Assembly: GCA_039803205.1 (NCBI GenBank)
Contig: JBDRYB010000008.1
Coordinates: 8,506-72,505 of the forward strand
Reading direction: 5' to 3'
Source: a candidate division WOR-3 bacterium
GTDB lineage: Bacteria > Hydrothermota > Hydrothermia > JBDRYB01
Length of the DNA: 64,000 nucleotides
The notes beneath the pieces are model-generated. The model saw only the letters and a program-made list of their open reading frames with translations. It made no database searches and had not been told where the DNA came from. Positions 10,175 to 19,278 of the stretch are shown piece after piece. Both the position numbers and the translations under genes were made by a program. Every line of letters begins with the position of its first letter. The first letter of the stretch is position 1.

Positions 10175-11101
10175 TTATTGAACATATATCCTTGCTATCT
10201 TCATCACTCCTGTGAGCATGAATCCGGACGCCCCGAGGCCAGAGAAGCTCTTCTTGTCAAATGCCGAAACGGCAACGGTTCCAAGGGGAGGCGCAACAAA
10301 GCTTCCGGGCACTATACCGGTATCCGGATCGAGAAGGTTCTCGGTGTAGAAAGAATAAACAGGTTCGTAACCAAGGACATCATGGGAATTATAATACGCC
10401 AGCTCCTTTGCCATGGGAGGCTTGCTGATGCTCCAACGAGCCATTATGTCCGTATAGGCCGATACCGAATCGCCATCCTCGGGTTGGGTTATGTAAACCC
10501 CGTATGCGGGCATGCGGACCGTGTCAACCCCGTATCTGCCGAGATACAGAACCTTTATCCTATATGTATTGCCCTCTTGGAGCGGTAGGCCAACTGCCCA
10601 GAGCGGGGACGCGCTCGTCATGGTGTCAAGAAGCGTATCGGTCCCACGGATCAGGTAAACATCTGCGCCAGGAAGGAATGGCCCGCCTGCGCTGTCCTGC
10701 CGGATCTCAAGCCTGAGCCAGCCTGTCCCCTCTGTCCTTATGAGCCTGCCTGAGATGAATATGTCGTGGGAACCAAGGGGCTCCTTGACGACGACAAACG
10801 CGGAGTCCTTTATGCTTTCGTATGAGGCCCTCAGGTAGGCATAGCCAGGGTTCCAGGCCTCAACCGCGCCGGATGAGTCCACTGTTATCACAAGAGTATC
10901 CGAGACCTCCCAATTTACCACAGCGCCCGGTATCGGGTCTCCATACTGGTCAATGACCGTGGCCTTGAAATGAGCGCCCTCGCCGGGGCTAAGGGTATCC
11001 GTCTTTGGCTCTATCCTTATGTAAGTCGGCCTCGGCTCCTCTTTCTGGCAAGCTAGAACCGCCATGATGAAGAAGGCGAAAATCCCGGCTGTCTTCCTCA
11101 T
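10175..11101 (-). CDS. Lipoprotein with Ig-like (Big_2-type) domain
   Basis: Lipobox MRKTAGIFAFFIMAVLA-C; ATVIDQYGDPI...VNWEVSD...VDSSGAVEA Ig-like motif. Confidence 0.75.
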   Translation of the reverse strand: MRKTAGIFAFFIMAVLACQKEEPRPTYIRIEPKTDTLSPGEGAHFKATVIDQYGDPIPGAVVNWEVSDTLVITVDSSGAVEAWNPGYAYLRASYESIKDSAFVVVKEPLGSHDIFISGRLIRTEGTGWLRLEIRQDSAGGPFLPGADVYLIRGTDTLLDTMTSASPLWAVGLPLQEGNTYRIKVLYLGRYGVDTVRMPAYGVYITQPEDGDSVSAYTDIMARWSISKPPMAKELAYYNSHDVLGYEPVYSFYTENLLDPDTGIVPGSFVAPPLGTVAVSAFDKKSFSGLGASGFMLTGVMKIARIYVQ

Positions 11102-11143
11102 GATAATATGATAAAGCGAGAGCGAGGGAAAGTTCAATTAGAC

Positions 11144-11175
11144 AAACAAAAAGCCCCAGGTTTGCACCCAGGGCT
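11144..11175 (-). terminator. Intrinsic terminator after the fibre/partner gene pair
   Basis: Minus strand AGCCCTGGGT-GCAA-ACCTGGGGCT followed by TTTTGTTT. Confidence 0.75.
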
Positions 11176-11194
11176 GTCCTTTGCTGTTTCCTGA

Positions 11195-11677
11195 TTACCT
11201 CGTTACCGCCACCTTCTCGGTTCTCAGATAATCCCCGGCCTCAAACCTCAGGATATAGACCCCTGATGATGGTGGATTCCAGGATAACCTGTGCGGCCCT
11301 GGCCCGAGCTTCCCTGAGACAATCTCCTTTACCCTTCTTCCGGAGGCATCGTAGGCTATTAGGGAGACATCCCTTTCACGGTCAAGGGAGAAGCTTATCT
11401 GAACCCTTCCCTTGGCAGGATTGGGATATGGAGGATAGAAGGCGAGAACCGGTTTATCCGGGGCCTTTTCCTCAAATCCTACATTACCTCCCCAGCCAGG
11501 GATGAAGAACCCTGACCACATGAGAAACCCTGATGAGGTTGAGTAAGCGTTTGGCGAGAGTCCAACCGCATCCCAGAGCAGGAAGCTCCCTGAGGTTGAG
11601 TAATCCCCGCCTCCGGTCGTCTGATCCTTGATGATCATGTAGTTCTGGGCAAGGAGGGCAATGATGATCGTTGCCAT
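11195..11677 (-). CDS. Small secreted protein with T9SS/FlgD-like C-terminal sorting domain
   Basis: Short hydrophobic N-terminus; Gly/Ser-rich repeat (YSTSGSFLLW / YSTSSGFLMW); CTD YPNPAKG...YDASGRRV...SSGVYILRF...KVAVTR. Confidence 0.85.
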   Translation of the reverse strand: MATIIIALLAQNYMIIKDQTTGGGDYSTSGSFLLWDAVGLSPNAYSTSSGFLMWSGFFIPGWGGNVGFEEKAPDKPVLAFYPPYPNPAKGRVQISFSLDRERDVSLIAYDASGRRVKEIVSGKLGPGPHRLSWNPPSSGVYILRFEAGDYLRTEKVAVTR

Positions 11678-11697
11678 GGGTTTATCCTCCGTTTATT

Positions 11698-11760
11698 GGG
11701 CAGGCACGGGGGCCTGCCCCTATCCCGGATCCGGGTAGGACTGGGCCCTTGTGCCCCGTC
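11698..11760. repeat. Inverted pair of REP-like palindromes
   Basis: GGGCAGGCACGGGGGCCTGCCCCTA, then palindrome CCCGGATCCGGG, then GTAGGACTGGGCCCTTGTGCCCCGTC. Confidence 0.5.
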
Positions 11761-11763
11761 ATA

Positions 11764-13851
11764 CTATTTGACATTGACATATATCAGGATGACACCCTTA
11801 TCCCCGGAGAAGTCCTCCATGGCTTTGCCGAGGATGGTTCCAGGCCTGTATATCTCAACGCCTCCGAGGTCAACCGGGGACGCCTTCATGGCGTAGCCAG
11901 GCGTAGATGATGTCGTGAGGAGGTCTCCCTTCTTTATTGCTCCGCCCTCTCCGGAGACCTTGCAGGGGACAAACCCTACAACGGCCATGGGCACCCCATC
12001 AGAGCCTTCTTCTGGTGAACCAGCAGTGAAGCCGGGCTGGGTGGAATAGATACCAGCAACCTTGGTAGAATAAGGCTCGGAGCATTTCTCCATGTAGACA
12101 TCAGGCTTGTCTGATATGACAAGCACATCCCCTGGTTCGTATCCTGCCCTTTCGCCCTCAACAGAGACCATCTCGGCGAAGTCCGCTCCTCCGCTATTCC
12201 AGGTGCCATCAGCGTAAGCATTTCCGTCTGTCATGAAGCGGAACTCGGCGTCACCGGGAGTAGTCCCTTCTAGAAGCAGGACCGTGTCGTTGGCATTAGT
12301 AGTGTAGCCGTAAATAGCTGTGCCAGTATTTGAGTAGCCTACGATCCCATAGTGGGTAGCATAACCAAAGACCCCGTACCAGTTACCATTGCCATAAACT
12401 CCGCAGTAGTTATTGCTCTGGCCCCAGACCCCGTAGAAACCACTACCCCAGACTCCAACATCGTTGTTGCTGGCATCTGTCACGCCCTTCACGCCCGTAT
12501 CCCCGTCTGGGGTGTATGCATAGCCATAGACGCCAATGGTGCTAGCCTGGCCGATGACACCGTATTCGCCATAGCCCCATACCCCATGGTAGCCGAAGCC
12601 ATAGACCCCGATGTCGGCCGCGCCGCCACCGCCGCTCGCCACGCCCTTCACTCCCGTATCCGCATCCGGGGTGGATACATAGCCATAGACACCCGTGTTT
12701 GTCCCTGTGCCATAAGCGCCTGTGCCATTCCCGCCTAGATACCCATAGTTGTTCGCGTCATACCGGCCAACGACACCATAGAGAGTTCCTGTGCCAAACG
12801 CGCCCACCTGGTTGCTACCCAGATACCCATAGTTGTTCGCGTCATACTGGCCATAGACCCCGTAGATGCCGCCCCAGCCAAAAACTCCGTAATTATTCCC
12901 AGACCCGAAGACCCCGGTGGAATTGCTGAAACCGCCAACTCCGTGGCCGTTCGCGCCTATGTATCCATAGTTGTTCGCGTCATACTGGCCATATACCCCA
13001 TAGTTGGCGCTGTTCAGCTCTCCGCGTTTGCCAGAGGTTGAACCCGCGCGGCCTATCCCATTTATCCAGAAATCGGCGGCCTGAGCTGAGGCTATTTGGT
13101 TCTGGATGTAGTTCCCTGGCCCGGGAACATTCCTGGCATAGTTAGCAGTATCAGAGTATATCACATGGTAGCCTTCCTGGGAATAGGCTGATGTGTCAGC
13201 GTGAGTTGCAGAGTCAGCGAGATGCGCGTGAGCTCCATCCAGAGACCAAGAGGCCGTGTCGGAATACCAGGAGAAGAGAACCGTGTCCGGTATGGTCGGC
13301 ACATTCCTGGCGTAATCCGCTGTGTCCGAGTATATCACATGGTAGCCTTCGCTTGAATACCTGGCCGTGTCAGAATACCAGGAAAACAACACGGTATCCG
13401 GGACAGGAGGGCTGTTCAGGGCATATTCCGCTGTGTCAGCCTTCTGGGCGTGGAATGCCTGGCCAACTGATACAAGGGCCTTCCTCGGCGAGAATGTTTC
13501 TGTCCCCATTACTACCTCAAGCCAGAGGGTCTGGCCCGTGTAGAAAATGGTTGGAGGAAGTGGATTGTTTATCCCAAGCCTTGTGTCAAGTATTCCCTTT
13601 ATGACCGGGACATCCGATTGGTTCTCTGTCCAAAGGAGGTTCCCTCCTGATGGAGCGTCATATATCCTGAAGGTGAAGTTCGCTGTCGTGTCCAGCGGTG
13701 TCGTATCCGACTTATGCGTTATGTATGCCTGATAGTTGATCGTGGTCGGCACGGACTTGTTGCCCTTGCCAATTGCCGGGTCGCCCGGCATCCCAAAGCC
13801 TGTTTTCGGGGCCACCCCCGCAAGGAGGAGGCCCACTATGAGTGAGTTCAT
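11764..13851 (-). CDS. Secreted fibre-like protein with Gly-rich GVYG repeats and C-terminal intramolecular chaperone (Peptidase G2-like)
   Basis: N-terminal INYQ...FTFRIYDAPSGGNLLWTE...SPRKALVSV domain, repeated SDTA stalk, GVYG/NNYGY repeats, GADFAEM then VPMAVVGFVPCKV...KGDLLTTS...ILGKAME. Confidence 0.8.
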   Translation of the reverse strand: MNSLIVGLLLAGVAPKTGFGMPGDPAIGKGNKSVPTTINYQAYITHKSDTTPLDTTANFTFRIYDAPSGGNLLWTENQSDVPVIKGILDTRLGINNPLPPTIFYTGQTLWLEVVMGTETFSPRKALVSVGQAFHAQKADTAEYALNSPPVPDTVLFSWYSDTARYSSEGYHVIYSDTADYARNVPTIPDTVLFSWYSDTASWSLDGAHAHLADSATHADTSAYSQEGYHVIYSDTANYARNVPGPGNYIQNQIASAQAADFWINGIGRAGSTSGKRGELNSANYGVYGQYDANNYGYIGANGHGVGGFSNSTGVFGSGNNYGVFGWGGIYGVYGQYDANNYGYLGSNQVGAFGTGTLYGVVGRYDANNYGYLGGNGTGAYGTGTNTGVYGYVSTPDADTGVKGVASGGGGAADIGVYGFGYHGVWGYGEYGVIGQASTIGVYGYAYTPDGDTGVKGVTDASNNDVGVWGSGFYGVWGQSNNYCGVYGNGNWYGVFGYATHYGIVGYSNTGTAIYGYTTNANDTVLLLEGTTPGDAEFRFMTDGNAYADGTWNSGGADFAEMVSVEGERAGYEPGDVLVISDKPDVYMEKCSEPYSTKVAGIYSTQPGFTAGSPEEGSDGVPMAVVGFVPCKVSGEGGAIKKGDLLTTSSTPGYAMKASPVDLGGVEIYRPGTILGKAMEDFSGDKGVILIYVNVK

Positions 13852-14047
13852 GTTGAACCTCCAAAGGGTTCACAGCTGATAAAGTATAAAGCTTCTTTTA
13901 GGGATAAATACGCCTGTTACTCACCTGCTACCATTTTGGTAATACTGCCTTAACACTGTTTCGGGTTTCGGTGATCCTATTTTTTGGGAGATAATCAAAC
14001 CTCCGCGGTAACCGGCCGCTGGCTTTGGACGCGGTGAGGGGCGCCCC

Positions 14048-14506
14048 CTACAAGGCCTCAAAAAGGCTCATCATCTCCATGAGGTGGAGCGCGGCCAGCC
14101 GGCCCTTGTTGCCCTGCTTTCCCCCTGCCCTGTCAGTGGCCTGGTCCATCGTGTCAGCTGTGATCACACCAAAGCCCAGTGGAACAGAGTGTTCAAGCAT
14201 TACCTTAGCGAGGCCCTTAGCTGTCTCAGCGGCAATGTAGTCAAAATGAGGGGTCTCGCCTCTTATTATGCAACCGAGCGCCAGGATGCCGTCATAGCCT
14301 CCCTTCTCAGCGAGCCTCTTTGCCACAAGGGGAAGCTCAAAACTGCCCGGTGTCCAGAAAACATCAAGGTCTGCCTCGGCGGCCCCGTGTTGGACGAGGG
14401 TCTCTGTCGCGCCCTCAAGGAGCCTTTTGCTTATGGCCTCGTTGAAGCGCGAGACTATTATCGCAACCCGCTTTCCCTTTGCTGAAACCTGTCCCCTCTT
14501 CTCCAT
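14048..14506 (-). CDS. ribH: 6,7-dimethyl-8-ribityllumazine synthase
   Basis: SRFNEAI, PGSFELP, ALGCIIRGETPHFDY, RAGGKQGNKG. Confidence 0.96.
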   Translation of the reverse strand: MEKRGQVSAKGKRVAIIVSRFNEAISKRLLEGATETLVQHGAAEADLDVFWTPGSFELPLVAKRLAEKGGYDGILALGCIIRGETPHFDYIAAETAKGLAKVMLEHSVPLGFGVITADTMDQATDRAGGKQGNKGRLAALHLMEMMSLFEAL

Positions 14507-14507
14507 T

Positions 14508-15698
14508 TCAGATCTCCTCTGGTTGGTCAAGTGGCCCTATGATGTGGCCCAAGTCATCCCTTTTTTTCAAAAGGTGTTCCAAGTTTTCCCTCCGGGGTCT
14601 CGGCTGAATGGGAACCCGCTCTGTTATGGTCAGGCCAAATCCCTCTATGCCCACCATCTTCCTGGGGTTGTTGGTAAGGAGCCTCATTGATGAGACCCCA
14701 AGGTCCTTTAGTATCTGCGCTCCTGTGCCTATGTAGCGCTCAGCCTCGTCTCGTTCCTTGCTGAGGTAATCCGGATCAACATGCTCAAGTATCCTGGCAA
14801 CTGTCCCGGATGAGCTTGGCTCCTGCCTAAGATAAACGAAAATCCCCCCTTCTTCGCCTATGCGAAACAGAGCCGCGTCCATCTGCTCCCTGCAATCGCA
14901 GGTTACAGAACCGAACACATCCCCGACAGGGCATTCCCTCTGGACACGAACCAGGATGTTTCCCTCTATCCTGCCAGAAACCAGCGCGAGGTGAACATCC
15001 CCCTTTATCTTGTCCTTGTATAGATACAGGACAAAGTCCCCCCACCTTGTTTTCACTGGCCTCACGAGGAGCCGTTCAACATATATCTCTCTGGCGAGAC
15101 GGAACCTTATTATCTCGTCAACAGTGATTATCCTGAGGCCGTGGGCCTTTGCGATCTCGCTGAGCCTCGGGAGCCGGGCCATACTGCCATCCTCATCCAT
15201 TATCTCGCATATGACGGCCGCGGGATAAAGCCCAGATAACCTCGCTAGGTCAACGCCCGCCTCCGTGTGGCCAGCCCGTCTCAGGACGCCGCCCTCGGAT
15301 GCTCTCAGGGTATAGAGGTGGCCAGGGCGAAGGAAATCCTCAGGGCCCCTTGTCTCATCCGCGGCCCAGCGCGCTGTCATTGCCCTCTCGTGAGCGGATG
15401 TGCCTGTTGTAACCTCCGAGGCGTCTATGGGGATACCAAAAGGGGTCCCCATCCGGGAGGTATTGGGAACAGGGAGACTGAGATCAAGCTCGTCAAACCT
15501 CGCTGGGTTGAGGGCGATGCAAACGAGACCGCCGCCTGCCCTCGCCATGAGGTTTATTATCTCAGGGGTTGCCTTCTCAGCCGCAACGACAAAATCCCCC
15601 TCGTTCTCCCTGTCCTCATCATCAACGACGATGATAGGTCTTCCCTCTCTGAGGTCTTGGATAACCTCCTCAACTGAGGAAAATATCTTCTCGTTCAT
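14508..15698 (-). CDS. ribBA: Bifunctional DHBP synthase / GTP cyclohydrolase II (second domain divergent)
   Basis: DRENEGD, RPGH, GGVLRRAGHTEA, VICEI; C-terminal EC..GDVFGS..CDC, GAQIL, LTNNPRK. Confidence 0.9.
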   Translation of the reverse strand: MNEKIFSSVEEVIQDLREGRPIIVVDDEDRENEGDFVVAAEKATPEIINLMARAGGGLVCIALNPARFDELDLSLPVPNTSRMGTPFGIPIDASEVTTGTSAHERAMTARWAADETRGPEDFLRPGHLYTLRASEGGVLRRAGHTEAGVDLARLSGLYPAAVICEIMDEDGSMARLPRLSEIAKAHGLRIITVDEIIRFRLAREIYVERLLVRPVKTRWGDFVLYLYKDKIKGDVHLALVSGRIEGNILVRVQRECPVGDVFGSVTCDCREQMDAALFRIGEEGGIFVYLRQEPSSSGTVARILEHVDPDYLSKERDEAERYIGTGAQILKDLGVSSMRLLTNNPRKMVGIEGFGLTITERVPIQPRPRRENLEHLLKKRDDLGHIIGPLDQPEEI

Positions 15699-15936
15699 AT
15701 CTATGAGACCCCTGATAAAATCCCTCTAAGTTCCTTTTTCGTTCACGGGCATAGTCTAAGGTGCTAGCTCAAACTCTTTCAACTTCTGGTTCGGTTGCAG
15801 ATCTTCCCCTCCAACCAGCTCGCGCCCTGTCTACCCCGTGGTTTGCCATCTGTATAGGAGCCTCGTGAACCTAGCGAGAAGGGGCAAAAGGCTCATGTAG
15901 TTGAAAGGCCTTGGCCTCTTGCGCCAAAATATGCGC

Positions 15937-17373
15937 ATGAAGGACTTCGTCAAAATCGTTCTCGGTTTCCTGGAGCAGGAAAGGCCGGATTACGCTGATG
16001 TAAGGGTCGTTTCCACCAAAGAGGAAAGCATAACCGTAAAAAACGGCCAGGTTGATAGCCTCTCAGTCGGAGATGATAGTGGTTTCGGGGTTCGGGTCTT
16101 CATAAATGGGTTCATGGGGTTCGCTTCCAGCAATAGGCTTACCCCAGACGAGGCTGAGAGGGTTGTCCGGCGAGCCTCAGCAATGGCGAGGGCATCGGCC
16201 ATCCCAGGGGGCAAGAGATATGAGCTCGTGCACGAGGAACCCTCGGTTGGGACATATGCCACACCGATAAAGAAGGACCCGTTCTCGGTCCCAATAGAGG
16301 AAAAGATAGGGCTCCTGGTAAAAATTGATGAGGCGCTTTCAAGGGAACCGGAGGTCAAGCTCCGCGTCTCTCATCTTCGTTTCATAAGGGACTACAAGTT
16401 ATTCGCTGATACGAGAGGCAGTTTCACCGAGCAGACGATATATCACGCTGGCTCTGGCTACACAGCGTTTGCGATGGATGGCGGGCTCCTCCAGCAGAGG
16501 TCTTATCCAGCGAGCCACGGAGGGAACATGCGCGCGGCAGGATGGGAGTTTGTGGAGGATCTTCAGCTCCTCGCTCACGCTGAGCGCGTCGCTTCAGAGG
16601 CCGCAGCGTTGCTCAAGGCGCAACCAGCCCCGGAGGGAGAGACGGATATCATAATAGGAACCCACCAGATGGCGCTCCAGGTTCACGAGTCCATAGGTCA
16701 CGCGCTTGAATTGGACAGGGTTCTCGGATACGAGGCCTCTTATGCTGGAACGAGCTTCGCTACCCTTGAGAAACTGGGCAGTTTCAGGTATGGTTCGGAG
16801 CTCCTAAACATAGTCGCTGATACGAGAACTCCGGGCGGCCTGGGGACATACGGTTGGGATGATGAGGGCACATCCGCGAGGACAGAGCCGCTCATAAAGG
16901 AGGGCATCCTCGTGAATTACCTCTCCTCAAAGGATACGGCTCCGGCTATCGGAAAGCCATCAACCGCCGCGGCCAGAGCCTCATCCTGGAACAGGATACC
17001 GATAGTCCGCATGGTCAATGTCAGCATGCTTCCCGGGGACAAGAGCTTTGAGGAGCTCCTGGCAATGGTTGATGATGGGCTTTTCCTTGATACAAATAGG
17101 TCCTGGTCAATAGACCAGAAACGCCTGAATTTCCAGTTCGGGACAGAGATAGGCTATCGGATAAGGAAGGGCAAGCTGGCCGAGATGGTCCGCAACCCCA
17201 TCTACACTGATATGACCCCGAAATTCTGGGCAAAGCTCACGGCACTCGGCAGGGATTGGGAGCTGTGGGGGATTCCTAACTGCGGTAAGGGCGAACCAGG
17301 CCAAACCATGCGGGTTGGCCACGGGACAAGCCCATCGCTCTTCAGGGGGGTTAGGGTTGGGAACGCGGGCTAG
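15937..17373 (+). CDS. tldD: TldD/PmbA family metalloprotease (TldD-type)
   Basis: HESIGHALE zinc motif, YGWDDEG, CGKGEPGQ. Confidence 0.88.
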   Translation: MKDFVKIVLGFLEQERPDYADVRVVSTKEESITVKNGQVDSLSVGDDSGFGVRVFINGFMGFASSNRLTPDEAERVVRRASAMARASAIPGGKRYELVHEEPSVGTYATPIKKDPFSVPIEEKIGLLVKIDEALSREPEVKLRVSHLRFIRDYKLFADTRGSFTEQTIYHAGSGYTAFAMDGGLLQQRSYPASHGGNMRAAGWEFVEDLQLLAHAERVASEAAALLKAQPAPEGETDIIIGTHQMALQVHESIGHALELDRVLGYEASYAGTSFATLEKLGSFRYGSELLNIVADTRTPGGLGTYGWDDEGTSARTEPLIKEGILVNYLSSKDTAPAIGKPSTAAARASSWNRIPIVRMVNVSMLPGDKSFEELLAMVDDGLFLDTNRSWSIDQKRLNFQFGTEIGYRIRKGKLAEMVRNPIYTDMTPKFWAKLTALGRDWELWGIPNCGKGEPGQTMRVGHGTSPSLFRGVRVGNAG

Positions 17374-18140
17374 TCAACGAGCCACCTGAGTAGGGGTTCT
17401 CTCTGCAGATAAATGTCGGCCGTGGCTGACGGGTATGTGGGATCAGCACTTTTGTATTCCGTTATCACCATCTTTCCAAAGTGATCCCCTGTTCCAACAG
17501 CATTGTCAGGGCCAGCATCAATCCAGAATATCCCTATCATACCCTCGGTGAGCCTCGAGTCGTGAGGGAGATCGGGGAAATATGAACCGGGCGGAGGGGC
17601 TATCTTTATAGCGCTCAGGCTATCCGAGCTCAGGGCAAACCGCGCGCCCAGCTGGGGGTTCCAGCCCCCCTCTCCGCTCCAGTTGGTGTAAAACCTCGCG
17701 GTGTCTGCCGCGTCATCATTCATATACCAGGCCGCGCTGAGCTTATCCTTGGAGCCAACCGGAATCGCGCTACCTGCTGTATCAAACAACACGAGCCAGG
17801 GGTGGCTTGTGTCAGGGTCCCTCTTTGACCATATCTTCACGCTGAGGCTCGGCACGAGCTCAAAACTCAGACTGGCGGAGGAATCCGTGCCAACAGCGCT
17901 CACGCTTATGCTCTTACAAGGCACTGATACCGTGTATGTGGTCTCCTTTATCCCTGCTACGGAATCCCCATCAACCTCTATCCTGTAATAATCAGCGCCC
18001 TCAATCTCGTCCCAATTGAGCTGAACCGCGCCACCATCATCTACAACCTCGTATCTGAGGTTCAGGGGGCCAGGCTCCTTCGGACTGCACGCTGTTGCCC
18101 ATGCAAGGCCGATCAAACAAGCACCGTATATCCCTCTCAT
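17370..18140 (-). CDS. Hypothetical lipoprotein with FnIII-like N-terminal segment
   Basis: Lipobox ...LAWATA-C; P.NL...LNWDEIEGADYYRI; SD GGGAGG. Confidence 0.7.
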   Translation of the reverse strand: MRGIYGACLIGLAWATACSPKEPGPLNLRYEVVDDGGAVQLNWDEIEGADYYRIEVDGDSVAGIKETTYTVSVPCKSISVSAVGTDSSASLSFELVPSLSVKIWSKRDPDTSHPWLVLFDTAGSAIPVGSKDKLSAAWYMNDDAADTARFYTNWSGEGGWNPQLGARFALSSDSLSAIKIAPPPGSYFPDLPHDSRLTEGMIGIFWIDAGPDNAVGTGDHFGKMVITEYKSADPTYPSATADIYLQREPLLRWLVD

Positions 18141-18183
18141 CTGTAAACCTCCCTGTGTTGGATCAATATGTTAAATCAGAGGC

Positions 18184-19278
18184 TCACCTGGAGGCAAGCC
18201 CTCCCTTTGCCCATATGTAGCAAGTCCCTTCAACCGAGACCATGCAAGGGCCATAGGGATTATCTGGTCTGCACGAGGACATGAAAAGGGGACAGTCCGT
18301 TGGGTATGCCCTCCCAGTGACAACCAGGCCACATGAACATCCTGGAGGCATGTCCTCCGAGTGCTCGTGATAATCAATCCCGAACCTACGCCTCGCGTCA
18401 AGCTTCTCGAACTCCTCCCTGAGGAACAAGCCGGAATCCGGAACCATGCCCAGGCCGCGCCAGAAGGTTCCCTTGAGCTCAAAGACCCTCGCCATCATGC
18501 TTTGGGCGGCCCTGTTACCCTCGTTCTTCACGACCCTCTTGTATTCATTATGAAGAAGGGCCTCCCCAGAGAGAATGTCCCTGAGCAGGATGATCACGCC
18601 AAAGAGCACATCCAGAGGCTCAAAGCCAGCTACGACCGTCGGAATGCCGTATTTCTCCGGGAAGGCGGACCAGCCGGACGCCCCTATTATTGAAGAGACA
18701 TGGCCTGGCGCGATTATCCCCCGAAGGGGCACGCCATCCTTTATCAACGCCTCAACCGCGGGAGGCGTGAGCCTGTGGGATGTGAGAACCGAGAAGTTCT
18801 CCGGCGGTTCGGAGAGAATGAGAGCCGCGGTGGGCGCGGCTGTTGTCTCAAAGCCTATTGCGAAGAAGACAACCTCCCTCTCCGGGTTCTCGCGGGCAAT
18901 CTTTACGGCATCAAGGCCAGAATAAACGATCCGGACATCAGCCCCCCGAGCCTTCGCGTCCCCGAGGGAACCATAGGGCGTGACATCCCTGATCATGTCC
19001 CCGAATGTGCAGAGAATAGCGCCACGCCCCGCTATCTCAATCGCTTCCCTGACCTCCTGGGAGGACGCGACGCAGACGGGACAGCCAGGCCCCGATACAA
19101 GCTCAATATTCTTAGGCAGAAGCGGCCTCAGTCCCCACCTGACGAGGGTGTGCTCGTGCGAGCCACACACATGCATGAGTTTTATGGGCCCCGGTAATTT
19201 CCTGGCAAGGGACTCTATTTCCCGGAGGGCCTCATCAACGCGTTCTTTTTTGCGGAACTCGGAGAGAGGGCCGCTCAT
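18184..19278 (-). CDS. hypD: [NiFe]-hydrogenase maturation protein HypD
   Basis: MHVCGSHEH, GPGCPVC, GFETT, PGHVS, C-terminal Cys cluster ...CPLF...PYGPCMVS.EGTC. Confidence 0.95.
   Translation of the reverse strand: MSGPLSEFRKKERVDEALREIESLARKLPGPIKLMHVCGSHEHTLVRWGLRPLLPKNIELVSGPGCPVCVASSQEVREAIEIAGRGAILCTFGDMIRDVTPYGSLGDAKARGADVRIVYSGLDAVKIARENPEREVVFFAIGFETTAAPTAALILSEPPENFSVLTSHRLTPPAVEALIKDGVPLRGIIAPGHVSSIIGASGWSAFPEKYGIPTVVAGFEPLDVLFGVIILLRDILSGEALLHNEYKRVVKNEGNRAAQSMMARVFELKGTFWRGLGMVPDSGLFLREEFEKLDARRRFGIDYHEHSEDMPPGCSCGLVVTGRAYPTDCPLFMSSCRPDNPYGPCMVSVEGTCYIWAKGGLASR

Noticed and set aside
15700..15900. FMN or c-di-GMP riboswitch upstream of ribBA
   Set aside because: No FMN consensus blocks; a GGCAAACC on the minus strand lacks the GAAA tetraloop and downstream consensus.
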